Assembly (NCBI RefSeq): GCF_902459465.1 | Contig: NC_047064.1 | Location: 1,798,001-1,862,000 of the forward strand | DNA length: 64,000 nt | Reading direction: 5' to 3' | DNA from: Asterias rubens | Taxonomy: Eukaryota | Shown: positions 27,445-39,651 of the stretch, in pieces | How the letters are laid out: every line of letters begins with the position of its first letter | How positions within the stretch are numbered: position 1 is the stretch's first letter | Position numbers and translations under genes: made by a program | Notes under the pieces: model-generated | What the model was told of the DNA's origin: nothing | Seen by the model: only the letters and a program-made list of their open reading frames with translations | Database searches by the model: none

Positions 27445-27580
27445 GCTTGAGAAACTACCCCTTTCTCAACACTACGTTACTTCAAAGGGAGCTGTTTCTC
27501 ACATGTTTTATATTATCAACAGTTCGCCATTGCTCATCACAAAGATACGTTTTTATGCTAATATTTATTTTGGTTAGGAA
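27445..27580 (+). mobile_element. Family B MITE fragment (3' half)
   Basis: CTACGTTACTTCAAAGGGAGCTGTTTCTCACATGTTTTATATTATCAACAG matches the family A/B right half. Termini are missing. Confidence 0.65.
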
Positions 27581-29034
27581 AGAAAGACATGGAAATTACC
27601 GGGATGAAAATACGCACATTGCAAGTTATGATTATAATTAAGCAATTCCATATGTATTTATTATTGGAGGCAGTTGTATTTTTTTCAACAAGTTTGTTCT
27701 GTTTTGGGGGTTGCCTTGTGTTTATTATAGTGGTAAACACGTATACTGCTGCCTTATGGCGAATAATATGTAACTAACATGTACAGGGGTAAACCAAATC
27801 ACAGTTATGGGTTGTCTTTTAACAGCAGATGTCCCTTGTGACGTAGGGGTCAAAATATCAATGCCAAACCAACGCATTGATGAACCTTCATGGTGTGTAT
27901 TGTTGTGTTCCCCTATAGACAAGTACACTAAACCATATTATTACCCCAAAACTGTCACCAAGGATGACTCAAGTGAACTGTAGCTCGCGCAAGCCAGAGT
28001 ATACCTGCAAACAAGAATGCTTGCTACATGTATATGTGAACAAGAGACACCGAGATTAACCTCAAGCATGTACACGACGTATGTGTACATGTTGTACGCC
28101 ATATGAACAGAGGAAAGCAACATGGTTATAGTGGTATCAGTGGAAGTAGTAGTGTCTATTTTCTGTATTAATGGTAATAAGATGCAACTTATACATTTCC
28201 ATTTCCTCGAGTGCTTTTTATACTGATTTGAAAATACAAAGCATACCAGTTGCAGGATTTCCACTGTACAAGCTCCCATCCATGTATTTTGCGTGTTCGA
28301 AAATAACAGCATGTGCACCATGAACTCTGAAAGAGCAGTACCTTCCAATATACACACACGCTGTTGATACAAAACAAAAACACCTTCTTTATCAAACCCA
28401 ACTGAAAGCTGTTAGACGTGCAGTTGTGCCAGCATCGAAAAGGATACAAAAGTCCAGCATATTGGTCGTCACCAGTGCATGACAAAATAAATGGCTCCAG
28501 AAGAGAACGAGGCACTGGACTGGAACCAAAACCTTTTGTCCGTGGGGCAAGATGCGCCTTTTCCCCGCCGGCAGGACAGTGATGTGTGACGGGGACAGAC
28601 AACGGGCCGCTGGGCTCGGTGGTCGAACCGATGGCATTGTCTTTATATTCGGGGAATCAATGGGGGGTAGTCTGTCATGGTGTTTTGTTCAGTTGAATAA
28701 ATGATAGAAAATCTGATAAATGACAAAGTAGTTGTCACTGCTGTATTTTTTATTGTTTGATTTATTTATAGTAATTGTATTGTTTGTTTGTTTTAAGTAT
28801 TATACCATCAATTCCATAATTTCTCGTAATTGACTGCCGTGTCACTACAAAGGGTAAACAAAAACAGCGAACCTATACTTGTGCAAAGTTATATTGATGA
28901 TATAGGCCTATTGCATCATAAGAAGAAGTGTACATTATTATACTGGCGTTATATCTATTCATTTGTTTATTTATGTAGTGTTACAAATCGGTGAACATTT
29001 CAGTTCATCAAGGTCTCTAGAGAAAACAGTAGGT

Positions 29035-29450
29035 TTAAAGGCTGTGGACACTATTGGTAATTACTCAAAACAATTTTTAGCATAACAAAAAACTTATTTG
29101 GTAACGAGTTGGAGAGCTGTTGATAGCACAACACATTGTGAGAAACGGCCCCCTCTGAAGTAATGTATTTTTCCATAAAGAAGTAATTGTCCACAACTTT
29201 TGATTTCAAGACCTCAGATTTAGAATATTTTGAGGTCTCGAAATCAAGCATCTGAAAGCACCAACTTCGTGTGACAAGAGTGTTTTTGTTTGTTTCTTTC
29301 ATATCTCGAACTTCGACGACCAATTGAGCTCAAATTTTCACAGGTTGGTTATTTTATGCGTATGTTGAGATACACCAAGTGAGAAGACTAGTCTTTTACA
29401 ATTACCAAGACTGGTCTTTTACAATTACCAACAGTGTCCAGTTTCTTTAA
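29035..29450 (-). mobile_element. Family A Kolobok-like MITE with duplicated sub-terminal segment
   Basis: TTAA TSDs. AGACTRGTCTTTTACAATTACCA is tandemly duplicated near 29385-29430. Confidence 0.88.
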
Positions 29451-29700
29451 ATACACTTGTCTTCTCCCGCGATTTTATTAAGTTTCTTGTTTGCCAATTA
29501 CGAAAATCCAAACAACAGCTGAGTAACGTGATGCAACTGTCTCGAACAAACCAGTTTTTATAGTATTACTTTATTTCTCATGACCATTGGTAAAAGCTAA
29601 AAGGCTAAGTTTACCTTTTGTCTTGGGAACCGTTCCATTGATGTCATCACAATCATAATATACATTACAACTAACCTGTGAAAACTTTAGTCCAAAAGGT

Positions 29701-29942
29701 GCTCTCTTAATGTAAAAGAGTGAAAAACACAACTCTTCACATTTCGAGTTGTCCTTCAAATGCTCTTTAAAATAGTGGTGCTTATTTCACTCTTTTAGAG
29801 GGATTTTACTCCAGGACGGAGTGAAAAAATCACTAAAAAAGATGCAAACTTCAATCTTAAAGAGTGGGAGACCACTCGAAAAAGAGTAGTTCCCCATATG
29901 GTTCTTCAAGGAGTGCTTTTCACTCTTTTTGATTTAGAGAGC
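29701..29942. mobile_element. Unclassified MITE with ~28-bp TIRs
   Basis: GGT|GCTCTCTTAATGTAAAAGAGTGAAAA ... TTTTCACTCTTTTTGATTTAGAGAGC|GGT, with matching 3-bp flanks. Confidence 0.6.
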
Positions 29943-31489
29943 GGTCGCGATGTTGAGATAATGTGGAGCGGTTTATGTCCACGCAGGAAGAATAATTCGT
30001 AATAATAACAGGAATACAAAAGTCGGGGAAACAAATCTTTTCTTTAGATTGAACATTTTGTTGAACCGCTTTCTCTAAAATCACATTTATGATAAAGGAA
30101 GTGTTTCTCAAAATATTATACATTATCAACGTATGTGGTGCTTCAAAGTAGGCTACGGTCAAGGTATAACTTTTGAAGTAATTACCAAAGGTATAAAAAC
30201 ATTCATGAAATGAAGGTAGCCAAAGCGAGGCTGAGTGGCAAACTAAGTAGTCTGAACTCTTGTTGATGCATTGGGAGTCAGTGCACACTGTAGTGTCTAT
30301 GTACACAAGGTATGTGAATACTGTTTATTTTGTTTAATTTTAATAATTCAAATTTACATGAGATTTGAATAAACATTAAAACTAGAAGCGTCATCCCATT
30401 ACGTCATCACACTCAAAACAAAACTTTTAAATTGCATCCATGCTTATGGCGGTTAGGTTTAACCATCTCATCGTTTCAGGCACGAAGCCAGCTTTATTGT
30501 GTGTAAGGGTATGTTAGGGGGGGGGGGGGGCAAAGTAATTTTTGGGGTCTCCATTCAGGGTATCAAAGTTAAACACGTGTACTAATATGATCGAGTTTGC
30601 AGAACGCATAACTGTTGAAACATACGTTTTCACCGCCAGAGGGATACAATGCAATTTGTTACGATCGAAACTCGGCCAAGCTGGCACCGATAGCAGAAAC
30701 ACACCGTCCTCAATTATAAAGTAATGAGAAGAAGCAAAAAAAAAAAATAATAAAAAATGACGGCAAAACAACTTTTGGTTGGAAGCCTACAACAGCTTTC
30801 TATAATAAAGAACTATTTAAGAAACATTGAACTTCGAAATGAGATGCCCATGTAAATAATCATGATTGGGATAACATTACACTACCGAGTGTAAACTTGT
30901 TATGTGTTTTCACATGCACCATTTTGTCTTACATTTTCACTTTGCCGTCCGCATTCACGCCCGTGTGAGGGGTTATTGTGACTCCCAACCCCACCCCTTC
31001 CCATGCCAACATGCTGGCAACAACATGGTGTTGTTTGAATACAATGTTTCGTATATATGTTACACATTTGTATTTTTGTTCTTTCATTGTGGACCTTTGT
31101 TCTGAATTTTATTTTGTACTGTTATTGTTGAGACGAATAGTTATTTATGAGAAATGTATTATTGCACTTTCACTGGGCACCTACAGGTAATATCACAGAA
31201 AAGAGTTGTTGCATTTCAAATAAAACAATAATATTGTATTTTCCAACACTTCGAATAGAAGACAAGTGTACCCATCGTACACTCTTATATCGGTGACCAT
31301 ATAGAATGTAGATAGATATAGAGTTTGTATCTATCCTCCATTCATACACCATACTCAGTGCACAACTTGAGTTCTTCAAAATCTGAAAATTATCCATGTA
31401 TGACAAAGTATACTTTACATACAGTTATTTATGAGTATTTCTTTTTATGGTTGTATCTCCATTGAGTGTGTGTCACCGAACAAAAGCCC

Positions 31490-31769
31490 CCACGTCATCA
31501 GTCACCTTTTAGGTGAAGGGGAAACTGTTTGTTTAGATGATTGGTTGCCTTAATCACGTGGTTTACTGTGTTTCTCTTCCGTATTTGGTAGTTGGTGCTG
31601 ACCTACGTTGAGGTAAGTCGTGGTGTGCTCCATTCATCATCTAGCAGTCGGTGCTTGAGTTGATCGGGACAGCTAGACAGCCAGAGCAGCTCTTACCACG
31701 GCAGCAGTCAAGCCACTAATATCCACAAGGGTCACAAATCAAAGAGGTATAGCCCTAGCTACAAGACAG
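31490..31769 (+). promoter_or_regulatory. Putative Hox5 proximal promoter and 5' UTR
   Basis: CACGTCA (CRE/ATF-like) at 31491, reverse CCAAT box GATTGG at 31539-31544 and E-box CACGTG at 31555-31560, about 210-280 bp upstream of the ATG. The TSS is not determined. Confidence 0.5.
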
Positions 31770-32244
31770 ATGAGCTCTTATTTCGCACACTCGTTGTCGA
31801 CGACCGCGTCAGGCGATTTCCACCATGGGTCGGATTACCCTTCCGCTGTGGCTGTGCAGGGTTACACCCATCAGGCACCCCATTACCCGGCCAACAGTAC
31901 CCCTGTTAACTACAGTTACAACTACGGGACGCAGTTGGACGGGAGTTTCTACCACATGGATCGAACCCCGTCCATGGAGCCAACCGTGCCCCTAACCCAC
32001 CCTCAGAGCTCGCCCGTATCCGGTGTAACGGCTACCACCACGTCGGCTTACAACCGGTGTCAGAACCAACATCAGACGGCGGCTTCGGGGGCCGCAGCCG
32101 CTGCGTCCGGGGTCTCCTGCGTGAAGATGACGAGTCAAAGTATGAGCGGAGATTGTGTCAAGTCAGCGATGAAGGGTGCACAGACAGCCCGACAACCTGA
32201 GCAGATATACCCATGGATGAGACGAATTCATTCCAACACAGCAG
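31770..32244 (+). CDS. Hox5: Hox5 homeobox gene, coding exon 1 (158 codons + 1 nt)
   Basis: ORF begins MSSYF (Hox N-terminal SSYF motif) and ends ...QIYPWMRRIHSNTA with the YPWM hexapeptide. It is followed by a consensus donor CAG|GTAAGT at 32245. Exon is GC-rich against the background. Confidence 0.95.
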
Positions 32245-32460
32245 GTAAGTCTAATATTATCTTAAACTTTCAAATATTCGCATTAAGCTCGAAACAATTT
32301 ATACAAAGTCAAGCCTGACCAAAATGATTAGTTGCAAACTAATTTGGACAAGAGTTTGAACATGGTTGATGGCCAATACCGCTGGTCATAACCTGTGTTC
32401 ACCCTGTCTGTGTCCTTGCTAAAATATGGACGTTTTACCTTTTTTTTTTTTTTTTTTTTT

Positions 32461-32816
32461 AGGATTTGGGTACCTTTTCAAAATGTCCATAGATTTACAA
32501 AAACTTACAGTGTTTGAAGATAATGATAGTGGAAAGCTTGCCTTCAAATATTACTTACTGAGGTGCTGTAGTTTTTGAGAAATGAGTAAAACAATGTCAT
32601 GAAAATACGGTTGTAAATGTTTAAAATAATTTTCGTCTCATAAGACGAAAATTATTTTCATTGTTTTACTCATTTCCCCCAAAAAACTACAGCACCTCAG
32701 CACGTAATATTTTCAGGGAAGCTTTATACTATCATTATCTTCAAACTGTGTAAGTTTAGTGTAAATCTGTGGACATTGTGTGTTTTTGTCCTACAAAAGT
32801 TACATAGACCCTTTAA
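32461..32816. mobile_element. Fold-back MITE with ~115-bp inverted arms (probably Kolobok-like)
   Basis: The arm starting at 32483 (ATGTCCATAGATTTAC...GAGTAAAACAATG) is the reverse complement of the arm ending at 32776. There is a central AATAATTTTCGTCT-CATA-AGACGAAAATTATT hairpin. The right end is CATAGACCCT|TTAA; the left end is eroded by a poly-T run. Confidence 0.85.
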
Positions 32817-34418
32817 ACATTGTTAAATTAAACTTTATAAACATTTTCCTGTTTCTTTTTGCAAACTTGTTTTCCTGTATTTTGTTCGTTTGCTGATGTC
32901 ACGTCAAGCAGAACTGAACCCATTCTTAGTTAGTCACAAACCATTTATCTAAACCTCTAGGGATATGTCTTGCTAATATGGGATTTACTTGATACATCTT
33001 TTGTTTTCCCATCATTTTTTTTGTTTTGTTTCGTTACCACTGAAATTTAATTAATAGATGGTCGACAAGAAAATGTAGCATCAACCTATTTATATTGACG
33101 AGTCGTTTGTATGCTATACCTGCTCTTTATTGCACATTCAAAATTGTAGCTCAGATTCAGCCATTGTGGAATTATTAAAGCAAAAATAATTTGATTTAAT
33201 TTAATGATTAATCTTTTGGAGAAACAAACGAAGATAATGTTGTCCCTACTAACATAAATGGGAGGGGGGTAATCACAATAATTATAACGAGTGGCTTAAC
33301 AATGCCTGTTAGGTTTCTCTTCATAAATCAACCCACGTACCAAATCATTATGTATACGACACATCATCGCAGGCAAATACTCCAGCTATTCATTGAATTA
33401 TATCAACTTCAATTTGGCTAAAATCCTCTAATTTGCATCAATACAGCCCCTTTAGTTAATTGTAATTTAAATGTTTGCTTTTGTCTGATTCCATTGTTGT
33501 GAGAAACATGTGCGTAACCAGAGCATTGGATACAAACCACCGAAGCATGACTTCACTGATAGGCATATTATGTATTCTGTAACAGCAAGTTTTAAAGACA
33601 ATGGCGCAACTCAAATAATAACAAATTGGTTTGTGGTAGGTTTTGTCTCATGAGAAAACATTCCTTACTTTCACAAATAGTTGGAAACGAAGACGTACAG
33701 GTTAGCCATGTATGTTAATATAATTGTAAAGAAGAAATTTCACAGACAACATTTTCTGTAATTTTGTTTTTTGTTTGACAACATTCCTAAAAAGTATTCG
33801 GCAATATATGTTGTTTAACAATCAAACCTCGACATTGATGGACATTTTCGAGTTGTCGTGCATGAACTTAAGGCACCAAATTGAAAGTGAGTTGACCGCA
33901 ATTCATGCGGTATAAATGGGGAAATAACTTCACTACAAACAAATATTACACATATAAATCAATAAATAATGAAAATAATGAAATCCATGCGATACCTTTA
34001 AACTTTGCATGGCGCCCATTGCCTTTGGCAATCCAAATAAATGTATACATTAAACAAAATATTAGACAGCAGCAACAGTTGTCTTGCATAACATGAAAGG
34101 TATTTAAAACAAATGCCTTTGAGCAAAATATTTTGAAAAACAAACAATTATATAAATATTAAAATAAAGTTTCCGGTGCCACGCATTTTATGTAAATTTT
34201 TTGTCTCGTGTTTTTAGATAATTATTTTTTCTTAATTCATTCATTCAATTCATTCGTTTATTAATTCAATTAGGTTTATTAAAAATATCACAAAATACAC
34301 GACATAAGTTCCAAAGACTTTAAATTGGCTTGTTTACATGTTCACATCATAATTGTTAGATGCTCTGCAGAATAATTATAATGACAATTACAACACATGT
34401 TATTTAGCCGTTACCCTA

Positions 34419-34922
34419 ACACCGATGTGTGTAAGCACTGTACTCAATATTTTTTTTCCGAGTTCCGGAGACAACAACAAAAACCAGGCATATAACTCGG
34501 TGGGATTCGAACCCACGACCTTTGCAAATATATAGCATACGTATTACAAACTACCGAGAAAGCCCGGTAGCTAGAGGCAGTTGGAATCCTGCATACGGCG
34601 AGAACCGCAACGATTTAAATAAATATTAAAATTGGTTTTTACCCATATACAGCGATGTTTAATAGCACTGTATACTCAGTGCTTTCCCGAATCCTGTGAA
34701 CATCACATGCATATTACTCGGGTGGGATTCGAACCCACGACCCCTGTGATTCTAGAGCAGTGTCTTACCAACTAGACTACCGATATTGCCTGGTAGATAG
34801 AGGAAGTTCGAATCCCATGTTTTATAATAGATGTAATGAAATCCCACTTGAGAGATGCCTGTGATTTTGTTTCACAGAGCTGTGGAAAGTACCGAGTATA
34901 CAGTGCTTATACACATCGGTGT
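34419..34922. mobile_element. Cluster of tRNA-derived SINE units: two tandem on -, one partial on +
   Basis: GGTGGGATTCGAACCCACGACC (reverse B-box) at ~34499 and ~34721 in ~220-bp tandem units. The outer ends are inverted: ACACCGATGTGT.TAAGCACTGTA ... TACAGTGCTTATACACATCGGTGT. Confidence 0.7.
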
Positions 34923-35448
34923 ATAAAGATACAACCAAAATAATATATTCCTCAATGCAAATACAAATCTTGTTGTATACCATAATGACAAAACCCCCAT
35001 AAACTTTGATTTTTATTATTTCGCCCGTTAATCAGATACTATGTCAATACACAACGTAACTTGCACCTGCATGTGCCTAAAACAGGTGACAGAGCTTTTT
35101 ATGTAACTTTACCACAAAGCCAACAATACTACGGCACATAACCTTTCTCAAAGTGCACTCACTTCTCTGACTCTGAGGTATTACCGTGATGGTCAAACCC
35201 ATGGCCAACGGTCCGACTCTCAAGAGTTATTTGTATGAATAATTTCGATGTATAAAATATTTCATTAATAAGACTAGTATTAGTCACTGTGATATTATCT
35301 CAAAAAGGAGGCTTACACTTTTTAGATGGCAAATCCCAAGAAACTTCAGTTATAAGACAGACTTTGTAATTGAAGCTTTAACAGATGAGAGATAGGGGGG
35401 GGGGGGGGGAGAAACGTCATACACGTTCAGAATCGGGTTGCCGATCCC

Positions 35449-35781
35449 TTAAAGACACTGAATACTGTTGGTAATTGTCAAAGACCAGTCTTCTCACTTG
35501 GTGTATCTCAACATATGCGCAAAATAACAAACCTGTGCAAATTTGAGCTCAATTGACGTAAAAGTTGCGAGATAATGTAAGAAAAAACACCCTTGTCCCA
35601 CGAAGTTGTTGTGCTTCAGATGCTTGGTAAAATTACTTCTTTCTTGAAAACTACGTTACTTCAGAGGGAGCTGTTCCTCACAATGTTTTATACCATCAAC
35701 CTCTCCCCATTACTCGGTACCAAGTAAGTTTTTATGCTAACAATTAGTTGGATAATTACCAATAGTGTCCACTGCCTTTAA
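35449..35781 (+). mobile_element. Family A MITE lacking the internal hairpin
   Basis: TTAA TSDs and TIRs intact. CAGATGCTTG is joined directly to GTAAAATTAC, a ~50-bp central deletion. Confidence 0.9.
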
Positions 35782-36620
35782 GAGTCTATATATTAGGCTG
35801 GAGAAGAAAAAAACTGACGGTTTAATATGGCTTGGAATTCGTTTACTCGCAATATCAATTTATGAATGTTCTCCATGAACTGGACCATAGGGTTCACCTT
35901 TTTATCGTTCAAGGAGAGGGGGGGGGGGGGGCTCACATTAGTGATGACACAACAAATCTAATACCAATTAAATACAAAAGGTTTTGAGGAATCAGCTGCT
36001 ATTTGTCAAAGGACTTCAGGTCGTAGGTCGGCTTTAACGTATCCGTTTAGCCAATACAGTAAGCCATGCGTAACAGCAGCTTGATTGTGACTTTACAACT
36101 AATCTCAATAATAAACTATGATGATGATGATGAAATTAATTATTATTGTTATTATTATGATGTTATTGTTATTGTAATTTCGATTCAATGCACTTGAGTT
36201 TGCTCCATATGGCGTTTGAATTGAGACAGCTGATTTTAAAATCTGATTTGATTATAAAATAATAGCTGAATACTTTATGTAGAAAGCATGCATCCTTTAT
36301 AAAACACGGTGGATCATTTATCATGTCTTATCAGCAGATTACACAAATTAATAATGATATTGTTTTAGAGTAAACGACATTATGTGTATTGATACAAATA
36401 AGTTATTGTTTTTGTTTTGCCCAATTTGTTAACCAGTGATGAAGTCAATGGTTTTATCAAATTTCCGAATACACTCAGTTTATTCTAAACTCCAGGATTT
36501 TAATGTTAGCCCTATTTTGAGTCATATGGCGGATAGTTCTTTCTTTTGTTTACCGCTTCGAATTGGACAATGAACACGATTTTCAAACCCCGCTCCAGGC
36601 AGAACAACTCGAAGGTTCAC

Positions 36621-36983
36621 TTCAAGACACTGGACACCTGATGTATCTCAGCATATGCATAAAATAACAAACCTGTGAAAATTTGAGCTCAATTGGTCGT
36701 CAAAGTTGTGAGATAATAATGGCAGAAAAAAACCTTTTTGCACAACTCGTGTGCTTTCAGATGCTTGATTTCGAGAACTCAAAATCCAATAATGAGGTAT
36801 CGAAATCAAATTCAAATATTTTAGTGAGACATTATTTCTTTCTCAAAAACTATACGCTACTTCAGAGGGAGCTGTTTCTCACACTATTTTATATTATTAA
36901 CAGCTCTCCATTACTCGTTACCAATTCAGGTTTCATGCTAATAATTATTTTGAGTAATTATTAATAGTGTCCAGTGCCTTTAA
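36621..36983 (+). mobile_element. Family A MITE, diverged, small 5' deletion
   Basis: CAAGACACTGGACAC is joined to GATGTATCTCAGCATATGC. Right end GTGTCCAGTGCCT|TTAA. Confidence 0.85.
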
Positions 36984-37320
36984 TATAAATATAATAATTA
37001 TGAATTATGAACTCCATATGTTTACATTGTTCGTGTTTGAAATCGTATATTCAATTCATTATTTGTATATTGTATACACAGCCACCTTTAATTTACTGTC
37101 CTGGGTCTATTACAATGTAACGGTCATATGTTGTTAAATGAATATTCATATCTGCCCGTGGCAGTCAGACTATGGTACATCTGTGTATTGTCATCCTGGT
37201 CAATATAAAGTCTTGTTTGTCAGAGATTACTCGTGCAAACTTTACTTTTTTAGAAACATATTTTCGAAGTGAAGTTTCTGACTAAGAGAATCCCTCAATC
37301 AAAATTGTAGCAATAACACT

Positions 37321-37704
37321 TTAAGGCAGTGGACACTTTTGGTAAATAAATTACTCAAAAACAATTATTAGCATAAAACCTTCCTTGGCAACGAGTAATG
37401 GGGAGCTGTTTGTAAAACATTGTGAGAAAGACTCCCTCTAAAGTAATGTAGTTTTCGAGAAGGAAGCAATTTTCCACGAATTTGATTTCGAGACCTCATA
37501 ATATAGTTAGATTTTGAGGTCTCGAAATCAAACATCTAAAATCACACGGCTTCGTGTGACAAGGGTGTTTTTTTCTTTCATTATTAGCTCGCAACTTCGA
37601 CGACCGATTGTGCTTAAACTGTCACAGGTTTGTTATTGTATGCATATGTTGATATACACAAACTCTGAAGGCCAATCTTTAACAATTACCTATAGTGCCT
37701 TTAA
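37321..37704 (-). mobile_element. Family A MITE
   Basis: TTAA|GGCAGTGGACAC ... AATTACCTATAGTGCCT|TTAA, internal hairpin present. Confidence 0.85.
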
Positions 37705-38891
37705 TATACACGCACGAAGTAAAATGTAGCATGAATCACATGTATCGTTAGAATTATGTGGTGTTGGATATCATTGAAATACCTGAATCCATTTTTGTTG
37801 TCTCAATTTCAAACTAGACGTTTGTTTTAGAAGAAAACAAAATCACCAAATCACCTGCTTTACGCGGCATGTCATGAGTGGGCCTTCAGACTTCCGTGGT
37901 CGCCTGTAATGAACTTTTATGAACGTGTTCAATTTTTCATTTATGAATCTCAATACATTATTTTGATTTCAATAAGTTGAACCTGTACAATAATTAAACT
38001 TACATTAGCTGAATTGTTCAGTATTATAGCAGTGTATAATTTGCACATGTAAAGATAAGATCAGATTATACGATATGTGTATACTATCATCTAGTCACAA
38101 CCCCCAAAATGACGGGGGGTGGGGGGTGCATTTATACCACACTACCAAAGCTAACTATTCATATCAAAGGCCACTGTTGTATTTTAGTACACAATACCCA
38201 ATGACCCGCTGCACAGAAAGGTATTCATACGTTCAAGACTATAACGATTGCATTCCACTTCACTCGCATTTATTAGTCAAATTCAAACCTCGTTTCATCA
38301 TACAGCGGAACATTATTCAGATAAATAGCTCATTAATCCTTGAAAATACATACCCACTAACCCATCCGACGTAATAAATGACACATAATCAACCGTTTAA
38401 TTGCCAACTTCGTTAAAATTGGGCAGCCATCCCTTAGCACGATGATGATGTGTGCACAGAGCAGTGCGGGGGTATAAACATCTTTAGCGGACTGCCAGCG
38501 CGAGGTCACCGGGTCGAGAGACACGCAGGCCCCGCTGGCGTTTACGACTACACATCACACTTAGAACACAATGCCCGTAGTATCAGAGAAGCGATCGTGT
38601 GTAATGGATTACGTATACCTCGTGCATCCTCAAGAGACGTGCATCTTGTTGTGTGTGTGGTGTGTGTGGAAATGTTGCCTATTACTCTATTGAATCACCG
38701 TAAATCTGAAATGAAAATGAAGTTTGCGTTTGAAAGGGAGGGTGTACCTTTGGTAATAAGGCCTACTCCAAAAGTTAATGATTATGAAAAGTTAGGAAAC
38801 ACTGCAGCTGTTGATAATGTGCAAAATTTTGAAAAACATTTTCCTTAAAAAAAAAAAAAAAAAAAACTTACAAGTAGAGAAACGTTTCTGC

Positions 38892-38922
<31 letters not shown>

Positions 38923-39651
38923 ATTACTCGTCCTGCGTGGCCATACCGCTCCAGATTTTCAATGATATATCAAAATGCTCTTACATTTTTAAATTACCGC
39001 AGTTTAGTTTTAGCGTATCCTTGCCTTCAAGCTGATACCATGCCGTCGTGGTAAATACATTTGTACAATACTGGCAAATTGCCAAACTGTTCTTGTTAGG
39101 GAAAAAATAAAATAAAAAAATATTGAATCAAATTACGAGAGGATTTTTCATTGTTGTTATATTTTAACCATTTTAACCATCTGTAAACCTATCTTCTTTT
39201 TTTTTTTTTTTTGGGGGGGGGGGGGCAGAAACTATTCTCCTATACAGTCAGCATTCTTCAGTCTAGAGCCTGCACATACTACTCTGAAAGCCCTCATGAA
39301 CAAATTATATAGTGACTTACGAGCTGACTCGCAAGACACTGTTTTCCATTCAATTCTGACAAACGTGACATGCTACAACAGTAGTTGACATGTTACAACA
39401 GTACAATGATAAAGTTTGGCCCAAAATGATAAGAACTAATAAATAATTGAATAATTCAAATGCTACCTTTATTAGACAACATATATTTGTTGTGGTTCCT
39501 TTTTAAATTAATAACTATTGCAAAACCAAATCGTGAGCGTTAGTAGACGCTTTGACTATTTCATTATTAAATTTCATTGGTCCATTTTTGTTTGTTTCGG
39601 CCTAACACAATTACTTAGTTATCAATGATACACATAAATCTACCAGTAACA

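Noticed and set aside
18454-29034. 10.6-kb gap in family A insertions as evidence of constraint
   Set aside because: With about 17 copies in 64 kb, a gap this long is not unusual under random placement, and other repeats occur in it.
32245-32318. ORF-track extension of Hox5 exon 1 (GKSNIILNFQ...)
   Set aside because: Read-through past the consensus donor at 32245 into the intron.
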